Assembly: GCA_963841915.1 (NCBI GenBank)
Contig: CAWJEN010000006.1
Location: forward strand, 672,001-736,000
Source of the DNA: an uncultured Planctomycetota bacterium
Lineage (GTDB): Bacteria > Planctomycetota > Phycisphaerae > Tepidisphaerales > Tepidisphaeraceae
Direction of reading: 5' to 3'
Length of the DNA stretch: 64,000 bases
Positions 26,849 through 36,360 of this stretch are shown here, piece after piece. The translations under genes were made by a program, and so were the position numbers. Within the stretch, counting starts at the first letter, position 1; each line of letters starts with the position of its first letter. The notes under the pieces were generated by a model. It was not told the DNA's origin. It saw nothing but the letters and a program-made list of their open reading frames with translations, and made no database searches.

Positions 26849-28793
26849 ATGACTCCAAAGCCTTATTGGGTTGTCGCCCTCGCCGCCTTTGGCTGGCTGG
26901 CCGGGCTGTCGCCCGCCGCCGCCCCTGCCGCCGAGCCTGCTCGGCCGAACATCGTCTTCATTATGGCCGACGATCTCGGCTGGATGGATACGGGCGTGTA
27001 CGGCAGCGACTTCTACGACACGCCGCACATCGACGCCCTTGCCGCACGTGGCATGCGGTTCACCAACGCCTACTCGGCCAGCCCGCTCTGCTCGCCGACG
27101 CGAGCGTCAGTGCTGACCGGGCAGTACCCCGGTCGTATTGGCATGACGGCGCCGCACGGCCACCTGCCGCAAGTCGTGCTCGAATCGTCCGCCGGTCAGG
27201 CCGGCGACACCTTCCTACCGCGCCACGGCCAATGTGTCGGTTTCTCGGTTGAAAAACAGCTACCAAACCTACGCCGAAGATCTCAAAAACGCCGGCTACG
27301 CCACCGGCTTCTTCGGCAAGTGGCACCTCGGCTTCGATCCCTACATCCCGGAGAACCAAGGCTTTGACACCGTTGTCGGTGGCGGCGGATACCCGGGGCC
27401 GCGGAGCTTCTTCTCGCCTTACAACATGCCCGAAGTTCCCGACGGGCCCGCAGGCGAGCACATCGATGACCGCATGGTGGCCGAGGCCATCAAGTTCATG
27501 GACGAAGCCGCTTCGGACGGCAAGCCGTTCCTCGTCAATTTCTGGAGCTGGGACGTTCACGCACCGTTCCAAGGCAAGGACGACCTCATCGCCAAGTACC
27601 AGGCGAAGCTCGATGCCAATCCGAACCTGAAGCAGAAGAGCCCAACCATGGGCGCGATGGTCGAGACGCTTGATCAGAACGTCGGCCAGCTCATGGCCCA
27701 CGTCGAGGAACTTGGGCTCACGGATGACACCCTCGTCGTCTTCTTCAGTGACAACGGCGGCAACATGTACGACGAGGTGGACAGCACCACGCCGACGAAC
27801 AACGCGCCGCTTCAGAACGGTAAGGGCAACATTCTCGAGGGTGGCATCCGCGTGCCGCTTATTGCAGCCTGGCCCGGCAAGATCGCCCAAGGCAAGGTCA
27901 GTGACACCCTTGCCATCTCGACCGACATCTACCCGACGTTCCTTGATCTGCTCGACCTCGAACCGCCTTCGAACCAGGTGATCGACGGCATCAGCATCGC
28001 ACCGGTTCTACTGCGTGGTGAGTCGCTGGATCGCGACTCGTTCATCATCGATTTCCCGCACAATGTCGTTGCGACGGAAAATCGCTCGTCGATCGCTGTC
28101 CGCAAGGGCGACATGAAGCTCATCCGCTACTACTGGGATGCCAAGATTCCGACCGGTGCCAAGCCTGAGCACCGCTACGAGCTCTACGACCTGTCGAGCG
28201 ACATCGGCGAGAGCAAGAACCTCGCCGCCGATCAAGCTGACATGGTGAAGGTCATGGACGCGATGATCGAGGATTATCTGGAGGAAACCGGTGCCGTCTC
28301 GCCGGTCCCCAACCCCAATTTTGACGCTGCCGCACCGCCTGCTGTCAGGGGTGGTGGCCAAGCCAACGGCCCGCCCCGCGGCGAGCGTGACCCTGTCGCC
28401 GGCTGGATTCCCGGTGGAACCTGTGACCTCGAAGTCGTCGACGGCATGCTCGTCCTGACGTCCAAGGGCAACGACCCGTACCTCTCTTGCCGTGAAGGTG
28501 TGCCCAGCGCGACCGGCAAGCTGGAGGTCCGCTTCACCATGTCCTCGAATATCACCGGCTCGGGCCAACTCTTCTGGACGAGCGGCAAGCTCAAGGCATT
28601 CCAGGCAGCACGATCCGTCGAATTCGACATGAAGAAGGGAGACGACGAGCACGACTACGTCGTCGAAATCGACATCGATGACGAGCTGACCGGCGTGCGT
28701 ATCGACCCGGGCCGTTCGCCCGGCAAGGCGTCGATCAAGTCGATCGGCATTTACGACGCCAGCGGCACGAAGCTCGAGGAGTGGACCTTCTAA
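26849..28793 (+). pseudogene. sulfatase with C-terminal beta-sandwich domain, frameshifted near 27210
   Basis: N-part PNIVFIMADDLGW, LCSPTRASVLTG; C-part GYATGFFGKWHLG, VHAP, SDNGG, GKGNILEGGIRVP in the +1 frame. Confidence 0.82.
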
Positions 28794-28819
28794 AACACTC
28801 CTTCGCATTTGAGACGAAA

Positions 28820-28853
28820 CACGGCCGAACCTTCGGGTTCGGCCGTGCTTTTT
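28820..28853 (+). terminator. rho-independent terminator
   Basis: 12-bp stem CACGGCCGAACC/GGTTCGGCCGTG, TTCG tetraloop, TTTTT tail. Confidence 0.88.
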
Positions 28854-28880
28854 GCGCTTCACGGGCTATATTCGCGGCCA

Positions 28881-31577
28881 ATGAATCTTCAGGCGTCACG
28901 CCCTATGTCTCAGTCGGTTCGCCTCGATGATCTACCTTGGTCAGCCGCTGCCGTTGCTCCGTCGCTGAATGAGAAGGTCGGCCCACCGATCCGGTTCGGC
29001 GGGCGCTTCAAGGCCGTCGCGGCCGAGGGCAGCGATGTCGCCCGGTTGCTGTGCGTCGTGCCGTTGACGAACGCGTTTCCGGTGTCGTCGGGCTACTTCA
29101 TCGTCGGCAGCACGACGAAGGCGAAGCTGCGCATCAACGGCCAACCCGTCGATCTTGTCGCCGGTCAGGATGAACCCTTTGACGTCTGGGGGCACCTTTG
29201 GGCGCATCTCGTCAGCGGGGACAACACGCTCGAACTCGAGGTGCCGGTCGGCGAGACTTTTGAGTACGCGCTGCAAATGCGTGACGTCGACGCCAACGGC
29301 GATGCGACGATCATCGACTTCGATAGCGACGGGTGGACCGTCAGTGACGGTGCGATCGAGAAGGTCGGCGACTCTGACGACACCGAGCTGTTCGATCGGC
29401 CGCGTCGCAGCGTCGAGCTGTGCAAGCGTGTTCCGCACGACAAGCCGATCCGCAGCGCCTCGCTGACGCTGGTCGGCCCGACGGCGCGAGACGTACGCCT
29501 TAACGACAAAGCTGTCACGCAGCTGGCGCTCGAGCCGGGTTGGACCGATTACCGCAAGCGGCTGACCACGACGACCTACGACGTCACCGACCTCATCGAT
29601 GCCGAGGGCGACGCGATCGCGTGGAACATGACGCTCGGTAACGGCTGGTACACGAGCGGCATGGGCTGGCAGCACAAGGGTCGCTTCACCTCACCCGACA
29701 CGCCGCTCTGGATCATGGGCGAGCTGACGCTCGAACACGACGACGGCACGACCACCAGGCACGTCACCGACACGTCATGGCAATGGCGTCGCTCGAGTAT
29801 CGTTTTTGACTCGATCTACGACGGCGAGCACCGCGAACCCGTTGCCGACGAGGCGGCGTGGCAGAGCGTGGTCAGCGTCGACATCAACGGCGACACGCTC
29901 GTCGGCAAGACGATGGCACCGCCGATCGCTCACATCGAGACGCTGGCCGTGCAACACGCCGAGGCTAAAGGTGACGGCCGCTTCATCCTCGACTTCGGCC
30001 AGAATCACACGGGCGTCTGCAGTGTGACGCTGACCAACGTGCCGAGCGGGTCAAAGCTGCGGCTTCGGCACGCCGAATTGCTGACCGACGACGGCGAGCT
30101 GAACGTGATCTACCTACGGACCGCCCGCGCCGCCGACCGGTTGACGACGAGCGGCGAGTCGACCTGGACGCCGGGGATGACCTATCACGGCTATCGCTTC
30201 GCCGAGCTTGACGGCTTGCCGAGCGGCTGGACCGCCGACGACGTGAAGCAACGCGTCGTCAGCCTCGTCTTGCACTCTGACGTCAAGAAGATCGGCACAT
30301 TCAGCACATCCAACTCGCTGCTGAACAAGATCAATGATGCCGTCAGCTGGGGCATTCGATCGAACCTGCACTCGACAATCACCGATTGTCCGCAGCGTGA
30401 CGAGCGGCTCGGCTGGACAGGCGACGCTCAGATCATCGCCGACACCGCGCCGTGGTACTTCGACATGCACGGCATGTACCGCAAGTACCTGCTCGACCTC
30501 ATAGACGCCCAGCACGACGACGGCGGCGTGCCGCACGTCGCGCCGCAGACCGTGGTCGATGAAGTATCCATGGCCTGGGCGGACGTCATCGCGGTGCTGC
30601 CTTGGACGCTTTGGCAGCAGTACGGCGACCGTGAGGCGATGGAAGTTGCCTATCCGTCGGTGAAGAAGTGGCTCGACTATCTCGAGCGGCATGAGGTCGA
30701 CGGCCGCTGCGATGTCGAGACGTTCGGCGACTGGGTGCCGGTCGTCGAGACGCCGACGAAGCTCGTCGCCCAAGCTTGGAGCGTTCAAGCGGCGCAGCTG
30801 GCCCAGAAGATCGCTACCGCACTCGGCCATGACGCCGACGCCAAGACTTACGCCGCCGCCGCGAAGCGGCGGGCGAGCTACTTCCACGACAAGTACTTCA
30901 ACGCCGCCGACGGCCGATACGAGCCGAACACGCAGACGGCGCAGGTGCTGCCGTTGGCATTTGGGATCGTTCCCGCCGAGCAGGTCGAAGCCGTCGCCAA
31001 AGCACTCGCCACCAATGTGCGGGAGCACGACGGCCGCCTGACCGTCGGGTTCTGCGGCGCGCCGCTGCTGTGCCATGTGCTCAGCGAGAACGGTTACGAC
31101 GACCTTGCGTACGGCATCGTGTCGACCGATCAAAAGCCGTCGCTCGGTTACATGATTAAGGCCGGCGGGACGACGATCTGGGAACGTTGGGACAGCGACA
31201 CGTCGCCGCCTGACATGAATTCGCGGAATCACTTTGCGTTCGGGTCGATGAGCCGCTGGTTCTACGAGCACCTTGCCGGCGTCACGATGCAGCGTGGCAA
31301 CGACGGACGGCTGGCAATCACGCTGCGGCCGCGTCCGTTCGGGGATCTGGAGCACGTCGAAATCAGCCGCGACATGCCCGAGGGAACGCTAAGGGTGCGA
31401 TGGGAGCGAGAGGGCAATGCATTTCGCGTACACGGAGATGTTCCTGCCGATATGAACGTGACGCTGGAGTTGCCTTCTGGGAGCAACGGCGTCGAGGTCG
31501 ACGGCGGCGAAGCTGCCGATGGAATGTGGCAACTAACGAAACCCGCGTTTGCGGCGACAGCAACGCTTATGGAATAG
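28881..31577 (+). CDS. alpha-L-rhamnosidase (GH78)
   Basis: PGWTDYRKR, LDFGQN, TYHGYRFAE, TDCPQRDERLGWTGD, TTIWERW, MNSRNHFAFG. Confidence 0.93.
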   Translation: MNLQASRPMSQSVRLDDLPWSAAAVAPSLNEKVGPPIRFGGRFKAVAAEGSDVARLLCVVPLTNAFPVSSGYFIVGSTTKAKLRINGQPVDLVAGQDEPFDVWGHLWAHLVSGDNTLELEVPVGETFEYALQMRDVDANGDATIIDFDSDGWTVSDGAIEKVGDSDDTELFDRPRRSVELCKRVPHDKPIRSASLTLVGPTARDVRLNDKAVTQLALEPGWTDYRKRLTTTTYDVTDLIDAEGDAIAWNMTLGNGWYTSGMGWQHKGRFTSPDTPLWIMGELTLEHDDGTTTRHVTDTSWQWRRSSIVFDSIYDGEHREPVADEAAWQSVVSVDINGDTLVGKTMAPPIAHIETLAVQHAEAKGDGRFILDFGQNHTGVCSVTLTNVPSGSKLRLRHAELLTDDGELNVIYLRTARAADRLTTSGESTWTPGMTYHGYRFAELDGLPSGWTADDVKQRVVSLVLHSDVKKIGTFSTSNSLLNKINDAVSWGIRSNLHSTITDCPQRDERLGWTGDAQIIADTAPWYFDMHGMYRKYLLDLIDAQHDDGGVPHVAPQTVVDEVSMAWADVIAVLPWTLWQQYGDREAMEVAYPSVKKWLDYLERHEVDGRCDVETFGDWVPVVETPTKLVAQAWSVQAAQLAQKIATALGHDADAKTYAAAAKRRASYFHDKYFNAADGRYEPNTQTAQVLPLAFGIVPAEQVEAVAKALATNVREHDGRLTVGFCGAPLLCHVLSENGYDDLAYGIVSTDQKPSLGYMIKAGGTTIWERWDSDTSPPDMNSRNHFAFGSMSRWFYEHLAGVTMQRGNDGRLAITLRPRPFGDLEHVEISRDMPEGTLRVRWEREGNAFRVHGDVPADMNVTLELPSGSNGVEVDGGEAADGMWQLTKPAFAATATLME

Positions 31578-31667
31578 TCCGCCTGATCAGCTGGTGTGAC
31601 GGTAGATTGAGTCGGACGTTGCCGCGTCACGAGAAGCGTTGTAAAGTTGAATAATCCCCGACCTTCT

Positions 31668-31679
31668 TGGTATAGACCA
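31668..31679. promoter_or_regulatory. candidate operator (dre-like palindrome)
   Basis: TGGTATAGACCA ~38 bp upstream of the PEP-CTERM metalloprotease start. Confidence 0.6.
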
Positions 31680-31716
31680 TGGCGGGCTGTTCAACGATGT
31701 TCCTGAGGAGGAAGTT

Positions 31717-33648
31717 ATGCCTGATCGAACTGTTCCTGCTGCCGTCCGGCTTGCCGCCGCCGCCGTTTTGGGTGGCCTGTGTTTGGCACCGCACACTGCC
31801 GACGCTGCCGACTTCAACGTCGGCAACCGCTGGACCCGTACTGCCACCGACGGTGGTGGCATGGCCCGTGGCGACGCGATGACGCTCACCTGGGGCATCG
31901 TCCCCGATGGCACACCGACCTTTGGCGGTCGCAGCAGCAACCTGCTCGGTCGACTCGACGCGGTTTACGGCTCGGGGCCGGGTGGTGACGACCTGACCCA
32001 AAGGCCTTGGTTCAACACGTTCGAAAGTGCCTACGCCCGCTACGAGGGCAAGGTCGGCATCCGTTACGTCTACGCGGGCGGCGACGACGGTGCGAGCATC
32101 AGCGGGGCCAACGGTGGCGAGCTAGGTGTTCGCGGCGATATCCGCGTGGCCGGCCTCGGTAACCCGTTCCCGTTCCCGGCGCTCGGCTTCAACCAGTCAC
32201 CGCTTGGCGGCGGGGACACGGTGCTCAACACGGGTGCCGCCTTCTTCAGCGACCCGTCGCCGCTGCGTGGCATCACGATGCACGAGCACGCTCACGGCCT
32301 CGGGCTAAGCCACTCCAACCCGCGTGGCGATCTGCCGCCGACGGTTGTGCAGGGTTCAGGCTTCAACGGCAACGGGCCGCAGTACGACGACCTGCTGGGC
32401 CTGCACCGTTTGTACGGCGACGCCCTCGAACTCGACGGCGGTAACGACACCATCAGCACTGCGACATCGCTCGGCAACCTCGCCGTCGGCACCAGCACCA
32501 GCCGCGGAAGTGACGCAACCGAGTTCGCGATCGGCCTCAACGCCACCGACATCGTCAGCATCGACGGCACGAGCGATAACGACGTCTACCGCTTCACCGT
32601 CGACGGCCGTTCGCAGGCGAACATCATTCTCAGCCCGGTCGGCCCGACCTACACAATTGACTACGAAGGCCGTCCCCCGGAAACCATCAACGGCAAGCAA
32701 CAGGCGAACCTGGCGTACGACATCTACAACGCCGACAATGTCCTGATCCTGTCGAGCGACCGCAGCGACATCGGCGGCAACGAGACCTACCTCGGCTTCC
32801 GTGCCCCGGCGGCGGGAGATTACTACGTCCGCGTTCGCTCGACCGACGACCAGTCGCAGTTCTATCAGCTCGACGTCGCTGTCAACGCAACCGCCGCCGC
32901 GAACGATGCAAATCTGCTGCTCGTTGACAACTTCGACCTTCCCGGCAGCGCGTCGGCCAACGGCGCCAACAGCTTCCGGCTTGCCTCCGGCCGGCAAGCT
33001 TCAGGCGTGATTGAATCAGCCTTCGGCGAGTCGACGAGCGACGATGCCAACACCACCGTCTCGATCGTGAACGACAAGCTCACCTTCACCGCCACTGGTG
33101 ACGGCGACGGAGCGAGCAACCAGACGCTCGACGTCCTCCGCAACGTCTTGCCCGAAGTCGAAGGCCAGCGGTGGCAGGCGTCATTCGAACTTGATCTGTC
33201 GAGTCAGGGCAACGTCAGCGACGGCTGGTTCGGCGTGACGTTCAACGACCAGACGCCGATCGGCATTCCGTTTCTGGCCTCGGCCGAGATGAGCATGCTC
33301 ATCCGCGAGGACGGCCGTGTCACCGTCCGCGAAAATGGCACCGACGGCGCTTCCGCCAACGTCGGCAGTGGCCCGTTCGACCTGTCGTTCATTGTTGATG
33401 AGACAGGCGTCGATCCGACGATGACGGTGCTCGTCAATGACATCGCTGTGCTGCAAGATGAAGTCATCAGCCTCAATGATCTCGGCCGTTATTTCAGCTT
33501 CACACTCCACAACGGCGGCTCGAGCGAGGTCGGCAGCGTCTTTACCGGGGCGATGGACAACCTCCGGCTCGAGATTCTCGTCCCGGAGCCGGCGACGGTC
33601 GCCAGCCTGAGTCTCCTCGGCGGACTCCTGTTGCGTCGCCGCCGGTGA
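31717..33648 (+). CDS. PEP-CTERM-anchored matrixin/M10-like zinc metalloprotease with pre-peptidase C-terminal-like domain
   Basis: GAGGAGG RBS; signal peptide; GVRGDIRV, HEHAHGLGLSH (HExxHxxGxxH), DDLLGLHRLYG; D.DVYRF and AAGDYYVRV; VPEP...LLRRRR. Confidence 0.85.
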   Translation: MPDRTVPAAVRLAAAAVLGGLCLAPHTADAADFNVGNRWTRTATDGGGMARGDAMTLTWGIVPDGTPTFGGRSSNLLGRLDAVYGSGPGGDDLTQRPWFNTFESAYARYEGKVGIRYVYAGGDDGASISGANGGELGVRGDIRVAGLGNPFPFPALGFNQSPLGGGDTVLNTGAAFFSDPSPLRGITMHEHAHGLGLSHSNPRGDLPPTVVQGSGFNGNGPQYDDLLGLHRLYGDALELDGGNDTISTATSLGNLAVGTSTSRGSDATEFAIGLNATDIVSIDGTSDNDVYRFTVDGRSQANIILSPVGPTYTIDYEGRPPETINGKQQANLAYDIYNADNVLILSSDRSDIGGNETYLGFRAPAAGDYYVRVRSTDDQSQFYQLDVAVNATAAANDANLLLVDNFDLPGSASANGANSFRLASGRQASGVIESAFGESTSDDANTTVSIVNDKLTFTATGDGDGASNQTLDVLRNVLPEVEGQRWQASFELDLSSQGNVSDGWFGVTFNDQTPIGIPFLASAEMSMLIREDGRVTVRENGTDGASANVGSGPFDLSFIVDETGVDPTMTVLVNDIAVLQDEVISLNDLGRYFSFTLHNGGSSEVGSVFTGAMDNLRLEILVPEPATVASLSLLGGLLLRRRR

Positions 33649-33649
33649 T

Positions 33650-34204
33650 TCAGCTGAGGGCGATGCCACATTCCGGGCACCGGTCGGGCGTCGCGCGGAC
33701 GTCATAACCACACGCAGGACACGGCAGCGCGTCGCCAGAAGCGACGCGCTCCTGTCGTGCGGCCTCGCGGGCTTCGCCGATGATCGTCCTGGCCTCGGCT
33801 TCGTCCTGCTCGCTTACCCGAACCGTCGTGTGAGCCAGGCCCATAAAGCCGAGGTTCGTTGTCGTCGCACCGCCCGTGACCAGCGTCGGCAGCCCGGCAT
33901 CCCGCAGTACGGCTGCGACCAGATCCGACTCGAGTGCCTGCTGACTGCTGAAGACCTCAACCGTCCGCTCACCAGGTGCAATGTCCCGCGATGGAACGCC
34001 ATCTTGGTCATGAAGGTCGTCCGGCTCCTGTGGCGGCTCGATTTGCTCATAAGCGAGAACGTCCGAATCTTCCGATGAAAACGGCTCACCCATGGCTTCG
34101 ACCTCGTCATGCCTTTGCTGACGCGTACGGACGATCTTCACCGTCGCGACCACGATGAACAGCACGACCACGAGCGGCCCGATGCCTGCGAAGACGTCCA
34201 CCAT
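33650..34204 (-). CDS. membrane protein with DUF2007-like domain and C-terminal zinc ribbon
   Basis: N-terminal TM helix; E..LV..VLRDAGLP...VRV...D..EAR..I; CPACGYDVRATPDRCPECG. Confidence 0.72.
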   Translation of the reverse strand: MVDVFAGIGPLVVVLFIVVATVKIVRTRQQRHDEVEAMGEPFSSEDSDVLAYEQIEPPQEPDDLHDQDGVPSRDIAPGERTVEVFSSQQALESDLVAAVLRDAGLPTLVTGGATTTNLGFMGLAHTTVRVSEQDEAEARTIIGEAREAARQERVASGDALPCPACGYDVRATPDRCPECGIALS

Positions 34205-34299
34205 GCCATCCAGCGTCGGGTGAAAATGCTCAACCGTCAAATCGTTCGAAAGACGCACTCGCCGCGGCACAGGGTTTCAGTCGCCGCTAAAGTGTGGGC

Positions 34300-36228
34300 A
34301 TGGCAGCTCCTACTGAAAAGCGTGCGATCGTCGTCGGTGGTGGTTTGGCCGGTCTGGCCTGCACGGTGAAGCTCGCCGAGCAGGGCGTGGCGGTCGACCT
34401 CATCTCGATGGTTCCGGTCAAGCGTTCGCACAGCGTCTGCGCCCAGGGCGGCATCAACGCGACGAACGACATTGCCCGCCAGCAGGGGTACAGCGAGTGG
34501 CTGCACTTCGACGAGACGATTCTCGGTGGCGACTTCCTGGCCGACCAGCCGCCTGTGCTGGAGATGGCCAACGCGGCTCCGAAAATCATCGACCTGCTCG
34601 ACCGCATGGGCGTGCCGTTCAACCGGACGGCCGAGGGCCAGCGGTCGCTCCGCATGTTCGGCGGCTCGCTCTTTAAGCGGACGTTCTACAGCGGCGCGAC
34701 GACCGGTCAGCAGCTTCTCTACGCCCTCGACGAGCAGACGCGCCGCTTTGAGGCAGAAGGTAAAGTCAACAAGTACGAGTTCTGGGAGTTCCTCTGGCCC
34801 ATCACCGAAGAGATCGACGGCGAGAAAACCGTCGTCGGCATCGTCGCCCAGGACATGCGGACGATGGAGATCCGCGTCTTCAAGGGTGAGGCCGTCGTCA
34901 TGGCCACCGGTGGGAACGGCCTGATCTTCGGCAAGAGCACGATGAGCGTCATCTGCACCGGCGGTGCTGCCAGCCGCTGCATGCAGGCCGGCGCCAAGTA
35001 CGCCAACCCGGAGATGATGCAGGTCCACCCATCGGCCATTCCCGGCGAGGACAAGTGCAGGCTTATCAGCGAAAGCGCCCGCGGCGAGGGCGGCCGCGTC
35101 TGGGTGCCCAAGACGCCAAAGGACGAGCGACATCCCAACGACATTCCCGAGGATGAGCGGTGGTACTTCCTCGAAGAAAAGTACCCCAAGTACGGCAACC
35201 TCGTCCCACGCGATATCGCAACCCGCGAGATCTTCCAAACCTGCCTCGACGGCTACGGCGTCGGTGGTGGCAACATGGTCTACCTCGACCTCCGCGACCA
35301 GGTCAACAAGATCGGCCGCGACGGTGTGATGAAGAAGCTGGCGGGCATCCTCGAGATCTATGAAAAGTTCGTCGGCGTCGACCCGCTCAGCGAGCCGATG
35401 AAGATCTTCCCCGCCATCCATTACTCCATGGGCGGACTGTGGACCGGCTACAAAAAGGACGACAAGACCGGCGGCATGGTCCACGGCGACCCGGCCAACA
35501 TGATGACCAACATCAAGGGCCTCTACGCCATGGGTGAGGCCGTCGTGCACTACCACGGAGCCAATCGCCTCGGGGCGAATTCGCTGCTGTCGTGCATCTT
35601 CGACGGCCTGTTCAGCGGCCAGTCGGTCGCCAACTACGTCAAGGACGTCGCCCCCGAGCGCGACTCGATCAGCCAGAGCACCTACGACGCAGCAGCCAAG
35701 CAGGAGCAGGACCGCATGGACACGCTCATCAACTCCGACGGCGACGTCAACCCGTACGAGCTGTGGCAGGAGATGGGCCGCGAGATGACCAACCACTGCA
35801 CGGTCGTCCGCTACAACGACAAGCTCGACATGCTCATCGCCAACATGCGTGAGTACAAGGAGCGGTACAAGCGGGTCAAGCTCAGCGACACCGGCATGTG
35901 GACGAACCAGAACCTGTCGTTCGCCCGCGCGGTGCGAGACATGATCGCGATGGCCGAGGGCATCGCCAAGGCCGCCCGCATGCGGGACGAGTCGCGTGGT
36001 GCGCACTACAAGCCCGAGTTTCCAGAGCGTGACGACGCCAACTTCCTCAAGAGCACGGTCGTCACGTATGACGCTGCCAAGGACGAAGCATTCGTCGAGT
36101 GGGGCCCGGTCGACACGTCGCTCATTCCGCCGCGGCTTCGGACCTACGGCAAGGTCGAGGCCAAGGAGGACAAGAAGGACGACGCGCCGAAGGTCGAGAA
36201 GAAAGAGCGCGAAGCAGCGGTCGTCTAG
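34300..36228 (+). CDS. sdhA: succinate dehydrogenase flavoprotein subunit
   Basis: VVGGGLAG, RSHSVCAQGGIN (FAD-His), LISESARGEGG, HYSMGG, HGANRLGANSL, RDESRGAH. Confidence 0.95.
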   Translation: MAAPTEKRAIVVGGGLAGLACTVKLAEQGVAVDLISMVPVKRSHSVCAQGGINATNDIARQQGYSEWLHFDETILGGDFLADQPPVLEMANAAPKIIDLLDRMGVPFNRTAEGQRSLRMFGGSLFKRTFYSGATTGQQLLYALDEQTRRFEAEGKVNKYEFWEFLWPITEEIDGEKTVVGIVAQDMRTMEIRVFKGEAVVMATGGNGLIFGKSTMSVICTGGAASRCMQAGAKYANPEMMQVHPSAIPGEDKCRLISESARGEGGRVWVPKTPKDERHPNDIPEDERWYFLEEKYPKYGNLVPRDIATREIFQTCLDGYGVGGGNMVYLDLRDQVNKIGRDGVMKKLAGILEIYEKFVGVDPLSEPMKIFPAIHYSMGGLWTGYKKDDKTGGMVHGDPANMMTNIKGLYAMGEAVVHYHGANRLGANSLLSCIFDGLFSGQSVANYVKDVAPERDSISQSTYDAAAKQEQDRMDTLINSDGDVNPYELWQEMGREMTNHCTVVRYNDKLDMLIANMREYKERYKRVKLSDTGMWTNQNLSFARAVRDMIAMAEGIAKAARMRDESRGAHYKPEFPERDDANFLKSTVVTYDAAKDEAFVEWGPVDTSLIPPRLRTYGKVEAKEDKKDDAPKVEKKEREAAVV

Positions 36229-36261
36229 GTCGATTAACGCATTGGTCGATTTACGCACTGC

Positions 36262-36339
36262 TCACTGTTTTAGCCGACAGCGGGAGCGGGCGCGTTCGGA
36301 GCGAGACGCGCTCGCTCCCGCGGGCGGTGAAAACGGTGA
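36262..36339. repeat. long imperfect hairpin between convergent genes (REP-like or terminator)
   Basis: TCACTGTTTT..GCGGGAGCGGGCGCGT pairs with ACGCGCTCGCTCCCGC..AAAACGGTGA. Confidence 0.7.
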
Positions 36340-36360
36340 CGTTGACGAGTCAAGGTCAAC

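Noticed and set aside
34237..36258. Long antisense ORFs (673 aa opposite sdhA; others opposite aspS, GH42, pcrA, MFS)
   Set aside because: Shadow ORFs typical of high-GC codon bias; no motifs, and the opposite strand encodes recognised proteins
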